In this document: positions 18,426 to 28,663 of the stretch, one piece after another | Numbering within the stretch: the first letter of the stretch is position 1 | Layout: every line of letters starts with the position of its first letter | IMG/VR virus record: IMGVR_UViG_3300020451_002055 | Length of the DNA stretch: 64,000 bases | Reading direction: 5' to 3' (one strand) | Source: a virus | Lineage: Duplodnaviria > Heunggongvirae > Uroviricota > Caudoviricetes | Translations under genes and position numbers: made by a program | Notes under the pieces: model-generated | Told to the model about the DNA's origin: nothing | Databases searched by the model: none | Seen by the model: the letters and a program-made list of their open reading frames with translations, nothing else

Positions 18426-19546
18426 TTGATGTTCTCTAGCTTGATGATGGGAATCTCATCAGAATGGAACGGCTTGATGGTTGTGAGCTTTTTGCCTTGA
18501 ACGGCGGTTGTTATGGGGAGCCCGCTGTTCTTAGCCATCTGCACCATCGCTTGCGTCTTGCCGGTCTGTCTCCCATACTTTATGGCTAAGATACGGTCTG
18601 CTGCCCATGCCTTCTGTCTCGACTCTTCGATTTCCTCTGCATTCAAGGGCTGATGCTTGGGCGTCTGTAGTTCTATTTCTGCGCAGGGATTTGTCATGAC
18701 GGGAGCTTCTCCCGCCTTCTTCTTGCGTTCTTCCTCTTCCGCGCGGAGTTTCTTGATAGTCTCGTTGCGTTTTTCGTCGTAAATGATCTTACGATCGGCC
18801 CATAGCTTCTGCTTGCGGTATTCATCTGCAAGGAAGCGGTCGAGGTTGTTGCAAAGTGCCTTCAGCCATTCGCACTTCATGGGCTCATTGGGGACTCGAT
18901 GTATCCAATGCTTTTTGACAGGATTCGAAGGAGAGAAGACTCGCTTCTTCTTCCATTTATCCTCTATGGGAAGATCGGGTCTAAATAGTTCAACGCAGAA
19001 GATGTCTCTACCGGCGAGGGTCAGAGACATGGCGAAGCTATTGATGATCGGATGCTCTGTATAGTCGTTGCTCTCTCTGTTCGCATCGCGAGAGAAGCGG
19101 AACAGCGGAACGCAACAGTTCTTGCCTAGCTTCGATAGTCTCTCTACCTCGTCGTCGCTGGGGGCAGCAAGTACATAGCAACAGCGGGTATCGCTTGGAG
19201 AAAAGTGAGAGGAGCCCGGACCGGGAGCCCGTTCATAAGAAGCAAGAAACTGCTTAGGAGTAACAGACTTGGGTATCTCAAGGACGATCAGATTGATCTC
19301 GCCCGCGTCCATGATCTCGAAGGCTTCCATAGGCTCCATGATGGAGCCGTAGTCGATCATCTCGGTATACGATTGATCGTTATTCAGAATACCGCAGTCT
19401 ATCTTTTTGCAATGCTTATCGACGGGCATCGGCTCTTCGAACGGAGGCGGGGCCTTCTCCATGACTGGATCAGGTCTTCTTTGGTGACCAAATGCCATAT
19501 CATATTGGCTCTCGTATAAGAACTTGTTGTTGATCTTATTTGACAA
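18422..19546 (-). CDS. paralogous-family protein
   Basis: Family motif FAMSLTLAGRDIFCV. Confidence 0.5.
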   Translation of the reverse strand: MSNKINNKFLYESQYDMAFGHQRRPDPVMEKAPPPFEEPMPVDKHCKKIDCGILNNDQSYTEMIDYGSIMEPMEAFEIMDAGEINLIVLEIPKSVTPKQFLASYERAPGPGSSHFSPSDTRCCYVLAAPSDDEVERLSKLGKNCCVPLFRFSRDANRESNDYTEHPIINSFAMSLTLAGRDIFCVELFRPDLPIEDKWKKKRVFSPSNPVKKHWIHRVPNEPMKCEWLKALCNNLDRFLADEYRKQKLWADRKIIYDEKRNETIKKLRAEEEERKKKAGEAPVMTNPCAEIELQTPKHQPLNAEEIEESRQKAWAADRILAIKYGRQTGKTQAMVQMAKNSGLPITTAVQGKKLTTIKPFHSDEIPIIKLENIK

Positions 19547-20363
19547 CGATGTCGCCCCAATCGTTAGCCGCCTCTTTGAAGCTTCTGCTCAGCGTTGAGA
19601 TTTGCTTTTCCATAGCGGCAACGGCTTTATCTCTCGTAGAGATAGCATTGATGCCGTGCCGCTTGTAGGCGGCTTCCCTGATCGATGATTCTTTCTTGGA
19701 GAACTCGGCCCAGGCTTGTTCCATGATGAAGTTGACGCCAGCCTTGAGACTGTCGTAGAAGTATCGCATCAGCGATGATGTCGGGCACGAAACCGCAACC
19801 CGGCTGATATGGTCCGTCTCGTGCCGGAAAGTAACATAGACAATGACGCTCATGGTTCTTGGGTCATGGTCGTAGCCATCTATGTATGCATCAACAACAA
19901 GACCATTGACATTCTTTGATTCGTGATATTTGACATCAGCGAGAGCCTGCAGGTATTGTTCATCGCTCTTGCCGCAATGACGGTATCGATCGTAGAGATC
20001 ATAACTACTCTTGCTGTAGTAACTGATGTAGTCGTAATCATCGTAGTAGTATTTAGAGCGACCGTTCTTAGAGTATTTGTTTCCCTTGCGAGGCTTCTTT
20101 GGCTCTTCTTCAACGCGCCATTTGCGAGTCTTGGGCCTGTAGTCCTCGACGAACGACTTTTCTCGCGGGTCGTAGATTTCTCCGATCCCCTGATGCCGAG
20201 CCGGATTCGCTCCGGCGACTGGCTTCATCTTCTTGGCTTGCGAAGCTCTGCGACGAGAGAGCCAGAACCCGATACTATCTGACTTTTCGCGAGGGACGCG
20301 GGCCGTTCTGTCGGGATCGATCTGATCGAGAAGTTCTCTCATGGTAGCTGCTGCTCGGAACAT
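19536..20363 (-). CDS. hypothetical protein (Tyr/Asp-rich segment)
   Basis: 275-aa ORF, no motif. Confidence 0.45.
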   Translation of the reverse strand: MFRAAATMRELLDQIDPDRTARVPREKSDSIGFWLSRRRASQAKKMKPVAGANPARHQGIGEIYDPREKSFVEDYRPKTRKWRVEEEPKKPRKGNKYSKNGRSKYYYDDYDYISYYSKSSYDLYDRYRHCGKSDEQYLQALADVKYHESKNVNGLVVDAYIDGYDHDPRTMSVIVYVTFRHETDHISRVAVSCPTSSLMRYFYDSLKAGVNFIMEQAWAEFSKKESSIREAAYKRHGINAISTRDKAVAAMEKQISTLSRSFKEAANDWGDIVVK

Positions 20364-21121
20364 TAGATGCCTCTGATACGGCTGCGCAGTTCGTTATACT
20401 TCTGCTGGTCTTTTTCTTTGAGATGCTCCGCAAAGCCCGGAGCCGCTTCCCCCATGATCTTCTGTCCTATATGGTCTTTGATACCGAAGGCGGTCGTCAT
20501 GATCCTGAACTTGTCGGGCGGAGTAAGAGGCGAATAGATGCGAGTCAGAACTTGCAAAGGCTTACCCGCAGGATGATCTGCTTGCGGGTAGTAAACATCT
20601 CTGCCTCCCATCGTCAGCATGTTGCAGAGGTTGTGCAGCATGGCGAAGGCGGCGACGTTGGTCTTCTCAACGATACCAGTAGCCTGATGCATCATGGCGC
20701 AGGCATGAGGGATGTAATGGGGAGCATCGACATCGGCCCAACGGTCCGGCATGTATCCGATCGCAACGACAACGCCCTTGACATGGAAGTCATCGAGGTG
20801 ACCATGAACGGCGTTGGTCTTGACGGGCATGACAAGAAGACGATCTTCCTGCATGATCCGCTCATAATCGTCGGTCTTCATAGCGAAGCGAGGGTCGATG
20901 GGATAGAGTCCGTGTTCGCCTACCAATGCAATCCTCGCTTGCGTATTCAGTTCTCTCGCCGCCCGCAGAGCGGCGAACCTTTCCAACTGATGATTCCGGG
21001 TCGCTTCTGTTTCGCCTCGATGGGACTCATTTGCCATAATCCATCGGACATCTCGCTCAGCGACCTTTTCGGCATCTTGAGCGGCCTTGATGTTCTCGCA
21101 ATGCCAGTTTACATCAGGCAC
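20363..21121 (-). CDS. paralogous-family protein
   Basis: Family motif LCNMLTMGGRDVYYP. Confidence 0.5.
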   Translation of the reverse strand: MPDVNWHCENIKAAQDAEKVAERDVRWIMANESHRGETEATRNHQLERFAALRAARELNTQARIALVGEHGLYPIDPRFAMKTDDYERIMQEDRLLVMPVKTNAVHGHLDDFHVKGVVVAIGYMPDRWADVDAPHYIPHACAMMHQATGIVEKTNVAAFAMLHNLCNMLTMGGRDVYYPQADHPAGKPLQVLTRIYSPLTPPDKFRIMTTAFGIKDHIGQKIMGEAAPGFAEHLKEKDQQKYNELRSRIRGI

Positions 21122-21130
21122 TCTTCACTC

Positions 21131-21691
21131 TCACCATGAGATATCCGGCTGTTCACCTGTCGTGCAGAACTTGAGAGCATGCTTCATATCGACGGAGACA
21201 ATCCTGTTCTCCGCGAACTTAACGTTCGGGGCGAAGCAGGTGAACTCAATGCCGCTCTTTTCTCTGCCGCCCCATGCTCTCATGCCTTGCACTTCCGTTT
21301 TGACGAGCTTGGGGTAGTAGACAACGAACCCGAGAGCAGACAAGAACGCGCCCATGCCGTAGAGCATGTCTTCGTCGTATGACTTCAGAGAGAAGACCCC
21401 CTCGGTCGCGTTGTTCGGAAGTCCCTTGGCGTTGTTTTCTGGTTTGACGGGAGCGGTTCTGGCAATCTGTATAATGGACAGTTCGTTGTTGTCGCTACCT
21501 TCTTCATAGACGCCGATGATGTTGATGTTGACATGATCGCCCTTGTAGATCGGAGCGAGCAGAACGGTATTGAAAGCATCGAGAGTTGCTCTCAAGCTCA
21601 TCATTCTGTCTGTATTCCAACGTCCTGCGTGCGATGGCATGCGTTTATCCCACTGAGCGGAAACGCTCAATCTTGCGTACAGATCCCTCAT
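21131..21691 (-). CDS. paralogous-family protein (divergent)
   Basis: GAFLSALGFVVYYP. Confidence 0.45.
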   Translation of the reverse strand: MRDLYARLSVSAQWDKRMPSHAGRWNTDRMMSLRATLDAFNTVLLAPIYKGDHVNINIIGVYEEGSDNNELSIIQIARTAPVKPENNAKGLPNNATEGVFSLKSYDEDMLYGMGAFLSALGFVVYYPKLVKTEVQGMRAWGGREKSGIEFTCFAPNVKFAENRIVSVDMKHALKFCTTGEQPDISW

Positions 21692-22642
21692 TTAGAAGGG
21701 AGCCCCAAGGTAGTGAAGGTCTTGCTCCCACCGAGCGCCGGGCATACTTGGCATACTAGCATGTTCCAGCCTCACTCGCCGATCGCCATGATCTACGAAA
21801 TCGCGGACAATCTCTGGTTCAAGAGGAGCAATGGGTTCTGCGATCCGATGGTCATACTCGTACCAATCGTACCGAGGCACGAGTTTTGTTGATGGTCTGC
21901 CTCTATTCGTTATTTCGACCTTCGGCGCAATACGCTGACAGCAACGGACGATGCACCCGTTGTAAGAAAGCGTCTGAGCCAACGCCGTGATCATGGATTG
22001 AAGGTCCGGTCTAAGGTGTGCCTGAGCAAGCCGGAACTTCATAGAAAACGGCCTAGCAATGGAGTTTTCTACATTCATGGTCCATACGGCGTCTTTGTAT
22101 GGTTCTTCCCATTTTATAGGCCAATTCTGATGGATTATGGCGGTCGTCGGGCTCTTTGTATTCTGCTGCGAGTTTGAGACGACGCAGACCCTTACTGAGA
22201 AGCCCTGCATGTTCTTGTGGGGAACAATGACCGGGGCAAGAATGATGTCCATTGTCTCGTCGAGAACATCGATGAGCGTTGTCGGAGCGGCGGTACTCTT
22301 GAACGAGAACTTGACGCCGATGCTCTCCCACATGGAGATGATGGCCTGCCGGTCGAACTCTCTCTCGCTCTCTTCGAGGCTCTGAAAGAAATCATCTGGC
22401 AGGTTGACAAGAGAACTCGGGAGATGGTGGCCCGACTTACGGAAGAGCTTGCCGAGTTCAGAGACATCGGTAAGCTTGATATGGTTAATCATGGTTCCAT
22501 CAGGCAGCCCAAGGGCATCTCTGATGTAGAAGAACATCGTCGAGCCGGTCTTTTCCTTCCGGTCGAAGCTTCCCTTGTCGGGCAGTCCCAACTGGTCCCA
22601 TTCGATCGCAAACTTTTCCGCTGAGTTACTCATATCCACCAA
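21692..22642 (-). CDS. hypothetical protein
   Basis: 316-aa ORF. Confidence 0.45.
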   Translation of the reverse strand: MVDMSNSAEKFAIEWDQLGLPDKGSFDRKEKTGSTMFFYIRDALGLPDGTMINHIKLTDVSELGKLFRKSGHHLPSSLVNLPDDFFQSLEESEREFDRQAIISMWESIGVKFSFKSTAAPTTLIDVLDETMDIILAPVIVPHKNMQGFSVRVCVVSNSQQNTKSPTTAIIHQNWPIKWEEPYKDAVWTMNVENSIARPFSMKFRLAQAHLRPDLQSMITALAQTLSYNGCIVRCCQRIAPKVEITNRGRPSTKLVPRYDWYEYDHRIAEPIAPLEPEIVRDFVDHGDRRVRLEHASMPSMPGARWEQDLHYLGAPF

Positions 22643-23415
22643 CCTGGTTTTCTTGAGATCAGACCCTTCTTAGGCTCTTTACGGTCATCAGTCGAAGCAG
22701 GAGGGAACAGAGGAGGCGGAGGAGGCAGCATGGCAGATCTGCGAATATGCTCCATTTGCAATTGCTCTTGCTTCTTTCTCCACTCTACGCTTTCTCTATA
22801 CTTCTGTCTCGCCTCTTCAGTCCTAGGCGTAACGCCTCTGTTCTCGTTTATCTGCCTGCCTATCTCATTGCCCCAATATCGATGTTCGCTGAGAGAGGAT
22901 TCCCCATCAGATATGATCTTATCTTTGTCCCACTTCATTTCCTCAACAACTTCATCATGCGAAAGCAATCCAAACTGATCGTATTCGATGTCCGGGTTGA
23001 ACTCAACCCAGTAGACGATACCGTTTTCCGCTCTCTGAGGAACATGAACAGAGCAGCCTTCAAACGTAAGCATTGAAGCAATCGTTCTAAATATCTCGCC
23101 GCACCCAAAGCCGATGGGTTGTCCGGTATTCTTATCGACCCCCATGCCAACAGCATTGGGAGCCCTTTCTCCATTCTGAAACGTCGGTTTCCCAGTCGTT
23201 ATGATATGCACAGCAGCATTTGAGACAGAGAACGAACAGAAAGCGCAGACATCGCTCTTGATCTCCGCCGGTTCAGTAATGCCGACAATAACAAGCGTCT
23301 GCTTTTCTTTCTCTCGCGCCTGCTCCTGCTCATCAAAGCTTTCGCAGAATGTCATGAAGAGATAGACGTTATCAGCGGTCATTAGCCTTTGGTAGTTGTT
23401 GTATTTCTTGATCAT
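22630..23415 (-). CDS. paralogous-family protein
   Basis: Family motif GCGEIFRTIASMLTFEGCSVHV. Confidence 0.45.
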   Translation of the reverse strand: MIKKYNNYQRLMTADNVYLFMTFCESFDEQEQAREKEKQTLVIVGITEPAEIKSDVCAFCSFSVSNAAVHIITTGKPTFQNGERAPNAVGMGVDKNTGQPIGFGCGEIFRTIASMLTFEGCSVHVPQRAENGIVYWVEFNPDIEYDQFGLLSHDEVVEEMKWDKDKIISDGESSLSEHRYWGNEIGRQINENRGVTPRTEEARQKYRESVEWRKKQEQLQMEHIRRSAMLPPPPPLFPPASTDDRKEPKKGLISRKPGWWI

Positions 23416-23912
23416 CCCCAGTTCAGGTTCCTAAACGACAGCCGCCTGTCTTTTCTTACATGACCGTCCTGAAACTTACTGACAGAGCCTTCGATCTTTT
23501 CGTTGTAGAGACAAAAGCTTTCAACGCCGCAGCGACGTTTTATTTCGCGGGCAAAGAGATAAGCTATTCTCCCTCCGTGCAACTGCCCTCGGAACCGTCG
23601 CTGAATAAAGACCTGCAGCCGAGGACTGTAACTCATATTCCTTGTTAGGCAAGTGTCGCAGAGCGACCATCCCATGATGCGATCTTCCGAATCGTACAGA
23701 ATGGCGACCAATAGCTTTTCCTGTTTGAGGTGCCAATAGCTGTTATGTCTCATCCGCCGCCGACGCTCGCGACTGATATTCTCTTTCATCAGAGAGCAAG
23801 TCATGTCTCCGCGCAACGTATGGTTGCGATACAGCCGATCAAGCGTTTCCCTGTCAAGCTCTCCGAGCGTAGAGAACTCGATATGAGTATCCTCAAAAGC
23901 AACCTGCTCCAT
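23412..23912 (-). CDS. possible GNAT-family acetyltransferase
   Basis: ATG at 23912 overlaps the upstream stop (TGATG). RRFRGQLHGGRIAYLF resembles GNAT motif A (R..G.G). Confidence 0.35.
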   Translation of the reverse strand: MEQVAFEDTHIEFSTLGELDRETLDRLYRNHTLRGDMTCSLMKENISRERRRRMRHNSYWHLKQEKLLVAILYDSEDRIMGWSLCDTCLTRNMSYSPRLQVFIQRRFRGQLHGGRIAYLFAREIKRRCGVESFCLYNEKIEGSVSKFQDGHVRKDRRLSFRNLNWG

Positions 23913-24361
23913 CAGTCTTCTCCTACCAAGCAGCAGTCTGTCATCTTGTAAAACGCTTCCTCGATATCGAAGACAGGAAGCACCGCTTCGCAGTTCTTTG
24001 GAAGAACCTGCATATCGAAACCGCCTTCTGCGTTCCTCTTGGTCACATGGACCTCGACGCCCGAAGCAACCAGGAAGCAACAGAGGCCATAGAGCAACTC
24101 GCTCGCCCCTTTTTCTGCCATCTTCAGATCGCCCATGTTCTTCTCATATCTGCGATACTCGAACTTGCCGATCTTGAGTCGCACCGATGGTCGGGACGGT
24201 TGATTGTTCCTGAACGCCGAGATCAGAGCAAAGACATCAGCATTGTTACTGCTGTTGAGTCCCTTCTCATCTTTCACGGCGAAAACAGTAACGGCGACCT
24301 CATTGCATTGAAGGATCGCCGCCGCGGACTCTATCATCGTTTTCTTGGGATAAGCGTTCAC
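23912..24361 (-). CDS. paralogous-family protein
   Basis: Family motif LCCFLVASGVEVHV. Confidence 0.45.
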   Translation of the reverse strand: MNAYPKKTMIESAAAILQCNEVAVTVFAVKDEKGLNSSNNADVFALISAFRNNQPSRPSVRLKIGKFEYRRYEKNMGDLKMAEKGASELLYGLCCFLVASGVEVHVTKRNAEGGFDMQVLPKNCEAVLPVFDIEEAFYKMTDCCLVGED

Positions 24362-24393
24362 GAAGATAGTTTACTTCGTTCGCTATTTCACTT

Positions 24394-25215
24394 TCAAAGA
24401 GGATCAAGCCGACCGGCTGCCACTCCATCCTTGACGCAGAGGAAGAGTTCCTTGCTCAGAGGATGAGGCAATGCCTCGTCGTCTTCTTGCATCCTATTGA
24501 CAACCCTCTCGATCGTCGGTCGATGCTCTGTGCTGATGGCGAGGAACATATCTCGGCTGGGGATCGCAACGTAATACTCGTTGCCCAACTCAGCCGACAG
24601 GTTGCGATACATCTGAGGTAAAAGGATGCGAGATGAGTCGTAGCCGTCTTTCGTATTGAAGATGCAGGCCTTCGCCGTCATCTCCCCGTCATCATCTTTG
24701 AGGCCTACAAGATCGTATGTCATTCCCTTTGTAACATCCCAAAGGTTCTGCAGAGCAAAGCTATAGAGTTCTTCGGGATCTTCGATACCCCAATCCTCCA
24801 TCATGTCCCGGCGTATCGACATGGTGCATTGAGGGAAGTCGATGACGAGGCTGATAACGCAATCGTTGACCCATGGGATCGTCGTGATCATATCTTCGGG
24901 CACGCTCTCCGCCTGCTCCCGAGTCAGAATTCGGGGCATGATGCGGCTCAGAACAGACAGGAAATCGCTTGTATCGACTTCGGGTTCTGAGTCTGTAAAA
25001 TCAAAGAGCGTATAGAAATAGTTCATGACGATCTCATGACCGTTCTCCGGGTCTAGGCTGACCATGCGGAACAGGTTAGAGATATCGAAAGAACTGCCGT
25101 CGATGCTCAGTCGGAGCTTTCCTCTGTATTCGACGTTGCTTTCGGGTCGGATTCCGTTGATGAGATGGGCGATCTCGTATCCGAACTCGTCTGGTTTATC
25201 GGGAAGCCGTTCCAT
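24394..25215 (-). CDS. hypothetical protein
   Basis: 273-aa acidic ORF. Confidence 0.45.
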   Translation of the reverse strand: MERLPDKPDEFGYEIAHLINGIRPESNVEYRGKLRLSIDGSSFDISNLFRMVSLDPENGHEIVMNYFYTLFDFTDSEPEVDTSDFLSVLSRIMPRILTREQAESVPEDMITTIPWVNDCVISLVIDFPQCTMSIRRDMMEDWGIEDPEELYSFALQNLWDVTKGMTYDLVGLKDDDGEMTAKACIFNTKDGYDSSRILLPQMYRNLSAELGNEYYVAIPSRDMFLAISTEHRPTIERVVNRMQEDDEALPHPLSKELFLCVKDGVAAGRLDPL

Positions 25216-25604
25216 ACAGTAGATTTCATTCCTCGTTCGTCATACTCCTTCATGATCGACCGAAGAGCGGCTTCTTCTGCAGGCCACACGACTTGTAAAT
25301 TCCATTCCGTTTTTCCGCGGATATAAGAAAGAGGATTTTCTCTTTTCTCAAAGGCCATATCGACATTGACCCCGACGCCCATGCCTCCTATAGCAAAACC
25401 GAGAATCGAAATCAAAATCAGAGGAGTGTATCGATCCTCTTTGCTCTTCTTGTTTATCGTTGCCCATCCGAAACAAGCAACAGCGACACCTATGATGCAG
25501 GCTGAGATAATGCCGAAAACATAGGCCCACATGATGTTCGCCTCTGCAGAAGCAAGAACCTGCTCATGCAGCGCATGAAAGACCTCGACAGGCATGCCTT
25601 CCAT
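25107..25604 (-). CDS. membrane protein (3 TM)
   Basis: 165 aa, hydrophobic N-terminal half. Confidence 0.4.
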   Translation of the reverse strand: MEGMPVEVFHALHEQVLASAEANIMWAYVFGIISACIIGVAVACFGWATINKKSKEDRYTPLILISILGFAIGGMGVGVNVDMAFEKRENPLSYIRGKTEWNLQVVWPAEEAALRSIMKEYDERGMKSTVWNGFPINQTSSDTRSPISSTESDPKATSNTEESSD

Positions 25605-26455
25605 CAGTCGTCCTCATGAGCAAGAACGCGGGTCTTGACGACTTGCTTGATCCGTTCATCTCGGGTCACCGTCTTGTGGCTCGTTCTGTAACCCTGAATG
25701 TCGTCCATCCAAAGAAGCGGTCCGATCTTCTTGTTGGCCTTGCTCTTGCGCTTGAGCGTGAAGTATTCGCCGCTGAACTGAATCCCGATCGCCGCAGCCG
25801 CGCATGTTAGAACAACGCCGCCGATGACAACGAACGGGCTGAACAACCATGAGCAGATGGCGGTCGCGGCGATGATACCGATGACAGCGGGTATGCCGAA
25901 GAACTTGCCTCCGTCAACGATGTTGGTCATGTAGGGGATCGTTTCGGGAGTCTTCGGGTAAAGACGGATGAACGTCCTCTCCTGATTGTCTCGCCGACCA
26001 TACTTGCTCGATGTCAGGAACTCGCCGTTTGCCTCGTAGGTCAGCAGTATGTTCTCGTTGTTCGGCGAGGTAAACGCGACCGTGACATACCATCCCTTGC
26101 GGACATACGGGATCAGAGCCCTCTTGATCTCCGCCAGAGTCGGACGGCTGTTGAGGTTGCTGGTATCGAGCAAACGAGAGTATTCGAAACTGTCCCACTT
26201 CGCTTTGATGAGGTTTTCAATCGCTCCTCTGATGTCCTTGATAACCTCTTCCCGTCTCTCGAAATCGACCTCGGAGGGAGCGGTTACGCCGTCGTCCTCA
26301 GGAGTCAGGAACTCGTTCAGAGCCGCCTCGTCGGAAAGGGGGTCGAGGGACATTCCGAGCGCCGTCGAATCGTTCTCATCAAAAGCCATCGCATCGAGGG
26401 CTTCGGTTCCGAGAGCGGTGTCATCCGGCGATACTTGCTTTTGCTTCTTGCCCAT
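25604..26455 (-). CDS. C-terminally membrane-anchored protein, paralog of 26559..27284
   Basis: Shared L.EIK.A(L/I)(I/V)PYV...WYV block followed by two TM helices. Confidence 0.5.
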   Translation of the reverse strand: MGKKQKQVSPDDTALGTEALDAMAFDENDSTALGMSLDPLSDEAALNEFLTPEDDGVTAPSEVDFERREEVIKDIRGAIENLIKAKWDSFEYSRLLDTSNLNSRPTLAEIKRALIPYVRKGWYVTVAFTSPNNENILLTYEANGEFLTSSKYGRRDNQERTFIRLYPKTPETIPYMTNIVDGGKFFGIPAVIGIIAATAICSWLFSPFVVIGGVVLTCAAAAIGIQFSGEYFTLKRKSKANKKIGPLLWMDDIQGYRTSHKTVTRDERIKQVVKTRVLAHEDD

Positions 26456-26558
26456 GGCTCTAGATTACCTCGGAGCGGTTACACTCTCTAAATTTCGCGG
26501 GAAAGGGAGTCCATCAGTAAGCGGCGGGAGGCTCCGTTGGGAGCCGAGCGCCGATGCG

Positions 26559-27284
26559 TCATTCAAGAGGGTTGGGGAACTCATGAACCAGCGTTCCGCA
26601 CCTGCCGGGTTCCGCGGACCTGATCCTGATGCGATGTCTTGTTGTCCAGAGGAGAGAGACTAGCGAGAGCAGGGTAGATATAACAGCGATGGCTATCATG
26701 CCTACGGCCTCGGGTCCGGCCATGGTTCCTGCGATTGCGGCCACTGTCAGGAGTACTATGGAGATCGGCCAGGAAATTATAGATCGAGAGATATAACCTT
26801 GGTTCGGGTCTACTCTGTTGAAGTAGACTTGTACTTTGCCTTTGTACTGGTCGTTTGTACTGTCATCTAAAAAATCGCGCGTGGCGTGATACCTTCTGTT
26901 GTTTGGCCAGCTTAGCTTGGGCTTGCATCTGTATTGAATCTCTACATACCAATCGTTCTCAACGTATGGACGAACGATCTCTTTGATCTCTCGAAGATTC
27001 AAGTCCTCGTCTGATCCATTGAGCGAACGACTTCGAGAATACGATCCATCGCCATTGAAGGTATAGCCTCGATACTCTTCATCTCTTTGCCATTCTTGAT
27101 CAAGAGAGGAAGCGATCTTATCAGCGCACTTCTTGATGACCTTCTTGGGCGATTTGACCTTAACAGATATTGGGGACGGAAGATCGGGATTCGCAATGGT
27201 CCGGATTTCTTCTTCGCTATCAGCAAAGTCGGAAGTATGACCATCTACTTCAAGAAGCTCTTCATCTTTGGTTCGCATACGCAT
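26559..27284 (-). CDS. C-terminally membrane-anchored protein, paralog of 25604..26455
   Basis: REIKEIVRPYVENDWYVEI block followed by two TM helices. Confidence 0.5.
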   Translation of the reverse strand: MRMRTKDEELLEVDGHTSDFADSEEEIRTIANPDLPSPISVKVKSPKKVIKKCADKIASSLDQEWQRDEEYRGYTFNGDGSYSRSRSLNGSDEDLNLREIKEIVRPYVENDWYVEIQYRCKPKLSWPNNRRYHATRDFLDDSTNDQYKGKVQVYFNRVDPNQGYISRSIISWPISIVLLTVAAIAGTMAGPEAVGMIAIAVISTLLSLVSLLWTTRHRIRIRSAEPGRCGTLVHEFPNPLE

Positions 27285-27287
27285 TGA

Positions 27288-27827
27288 TCAGAGAACCTCT
27301 TGAATGGCTAGAGCGGCGGATGAGCCAACGAAGCAACATATTTGCAATCCATAAAGCAGAGGGTAAACACCATACTGCTTGGACTCCATAAATGATTCTT
27401 CTTTATGAACATTCGATTTGTGCTTTAGCAAATACCATCCATCTGCGATGAGAGATATGCCTCCGGTAGCAAGGAACATCGCAAAAACAACCAACAGTCC
27501 TCCAAGAAGAATTGTTCCGACTGGGGCAATGCTCATGGCGGAAAGAATGATGGCTGTTGTGATTATCAAAGCAGCAAACGGAGCCCCTGAAAGCAGGTAG
27601 CCATTAACCCATCGTTGACGATTCTTTTGGTCATCTGGCGTTCTGCCATAACGTTGTCTTTCGTTAGCTTGAATGATAGAAAAAATAGAGAAAACAAGAG
27701 CAGCAATGCCACCAATGCTGGCGGCTAAAACGCTAACTAACCCGTTGGGGTGCATAGGGAGTATGCAAATGCCGCAGAACAGAAGAGCTAGCGATCCGAA
27801 TCCTAAGTTATGAGCCAGGTTTTTCAT
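27288..27827 (-). CDS. polytopic membrane protein (5-6 TM)
   Basis: Hydrophobic throughout. Confidence 0.5.
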   Translation of the reverse strand: MKNLAHNLGFGSLALLFCGICILPMHPNGLVSVLAASIGGIAALVFSIFSIIQANERQRYGRTPDDQKNRQRWVNGYLLSGAPFAALIITTAIILSAMSIAPVGTILLGGLLVVFAMFLATGGISLIADGWYLLKHKSNVHKEESFMESKQYGVYPLLYGLQICCFVGSSAALAIQEVL

Positions 27828-27834
27828 ATTTGCC

Positions 27835-28260
27835 TCAGAATGGTACTTCTATTTCTTGCCCCTCATGCTTGCCGCTGACATCTCGCATGCAAAATCCAAG
27901 GGGCGTATCTGCGTCAGTTGAAGGCTCAACCACCATGAGCCTCTTCTTTGCTTGCTTTTCAGCTTCGTCGTAATACTCTTTGCAAAGCTCTTCGTCGGTC
28001 TGAACGAACTTATCAGCCGAGAAGACAAGATGAACGATAGACAATATGGTCCAAATGAAGGGTACTACGAAAGAACCAGTTAGACTTCGGGCAGAAGCAT
28101 CGACCGCCAAGAAGTAGATCAACAGATATGTAATAACGCCGAAAATGCTCAGCGTAGAAGCTACAAAGGCTCCGGCAGCTATAGCTCTTCGGCGCACTAG
28201 GAGACGATTGTCAAACTTATGTTCGTCTATCTTGGGCTGAAATATGTCTGTGCTTGCCAT
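27835..28260 (-). CDS. membrane protein (2 TM)
   Basis: 141 aa. Confidence 0.45.
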   Translation of the reverse strand: MASTDIFQPKIDEHKFDNRLLVRRRAIAAGAFVASTLSIFGVITYLLIYFLAVDASARSLTGSFVVPFIWTILSIVHLVFSADKFVQTDEELCKEYYDEAEKQAKKRLMVVEPSTDADTPLGFCMRDVSGKHEGQEIEVPF

Positions 28261-28312
28261 TTCTGATGCTCGTTGAGTTGATAACTCATCTTACATCAGG
28301 CAAACTACACTT

Positions 28313-28663
28313 TCAGTCAGATGCGTTTCTGATTTCAAGAACAGATTGAGGCGTAACCTTCTCGCCTCGTTCACGCAACTCTTCAACGACCTCAGAACAG
28401 AGAGGGCAAACGGGATTGAAGAATCCTTCGCCTTTCTCGTCGGGAATGACAGAGTTCAGATCGTTGTCGATTTCATGACCGCCGTAAGGAGTCCTGCAGA
28501 CAATACACGGACCCCATTCGTAGCCATGGCTCTGAGCATATACGCGATGACGCCAGCGAGGTTCATAGTTGTCAGGTTCGCTCCTGATGAACCCAATACC
28601 TGGGATAGCAGCAGCCATAAAAAGGATCAAGACAACCAAGATGACCTGTAGCGTTCGTCTCAT
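28313..28663 (-). CDS. small exported Cys-rich protein
   Basis: N-terminal signal/TM segment; CIVCRTPYGGHE ... CPLCSEVV. Confidence 0.45.
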   Translation of the reverse strand: MRRTLQVILVVLILFMAAAIPGIGFIRSEPDNYEPRWRHRVYAQSHGYEWGPCIVCRTPYGGHEIDNDLNSVIPDEKGEGFFNPVCPLCSEVVEELRERGEKVTPQSVLEIRNASD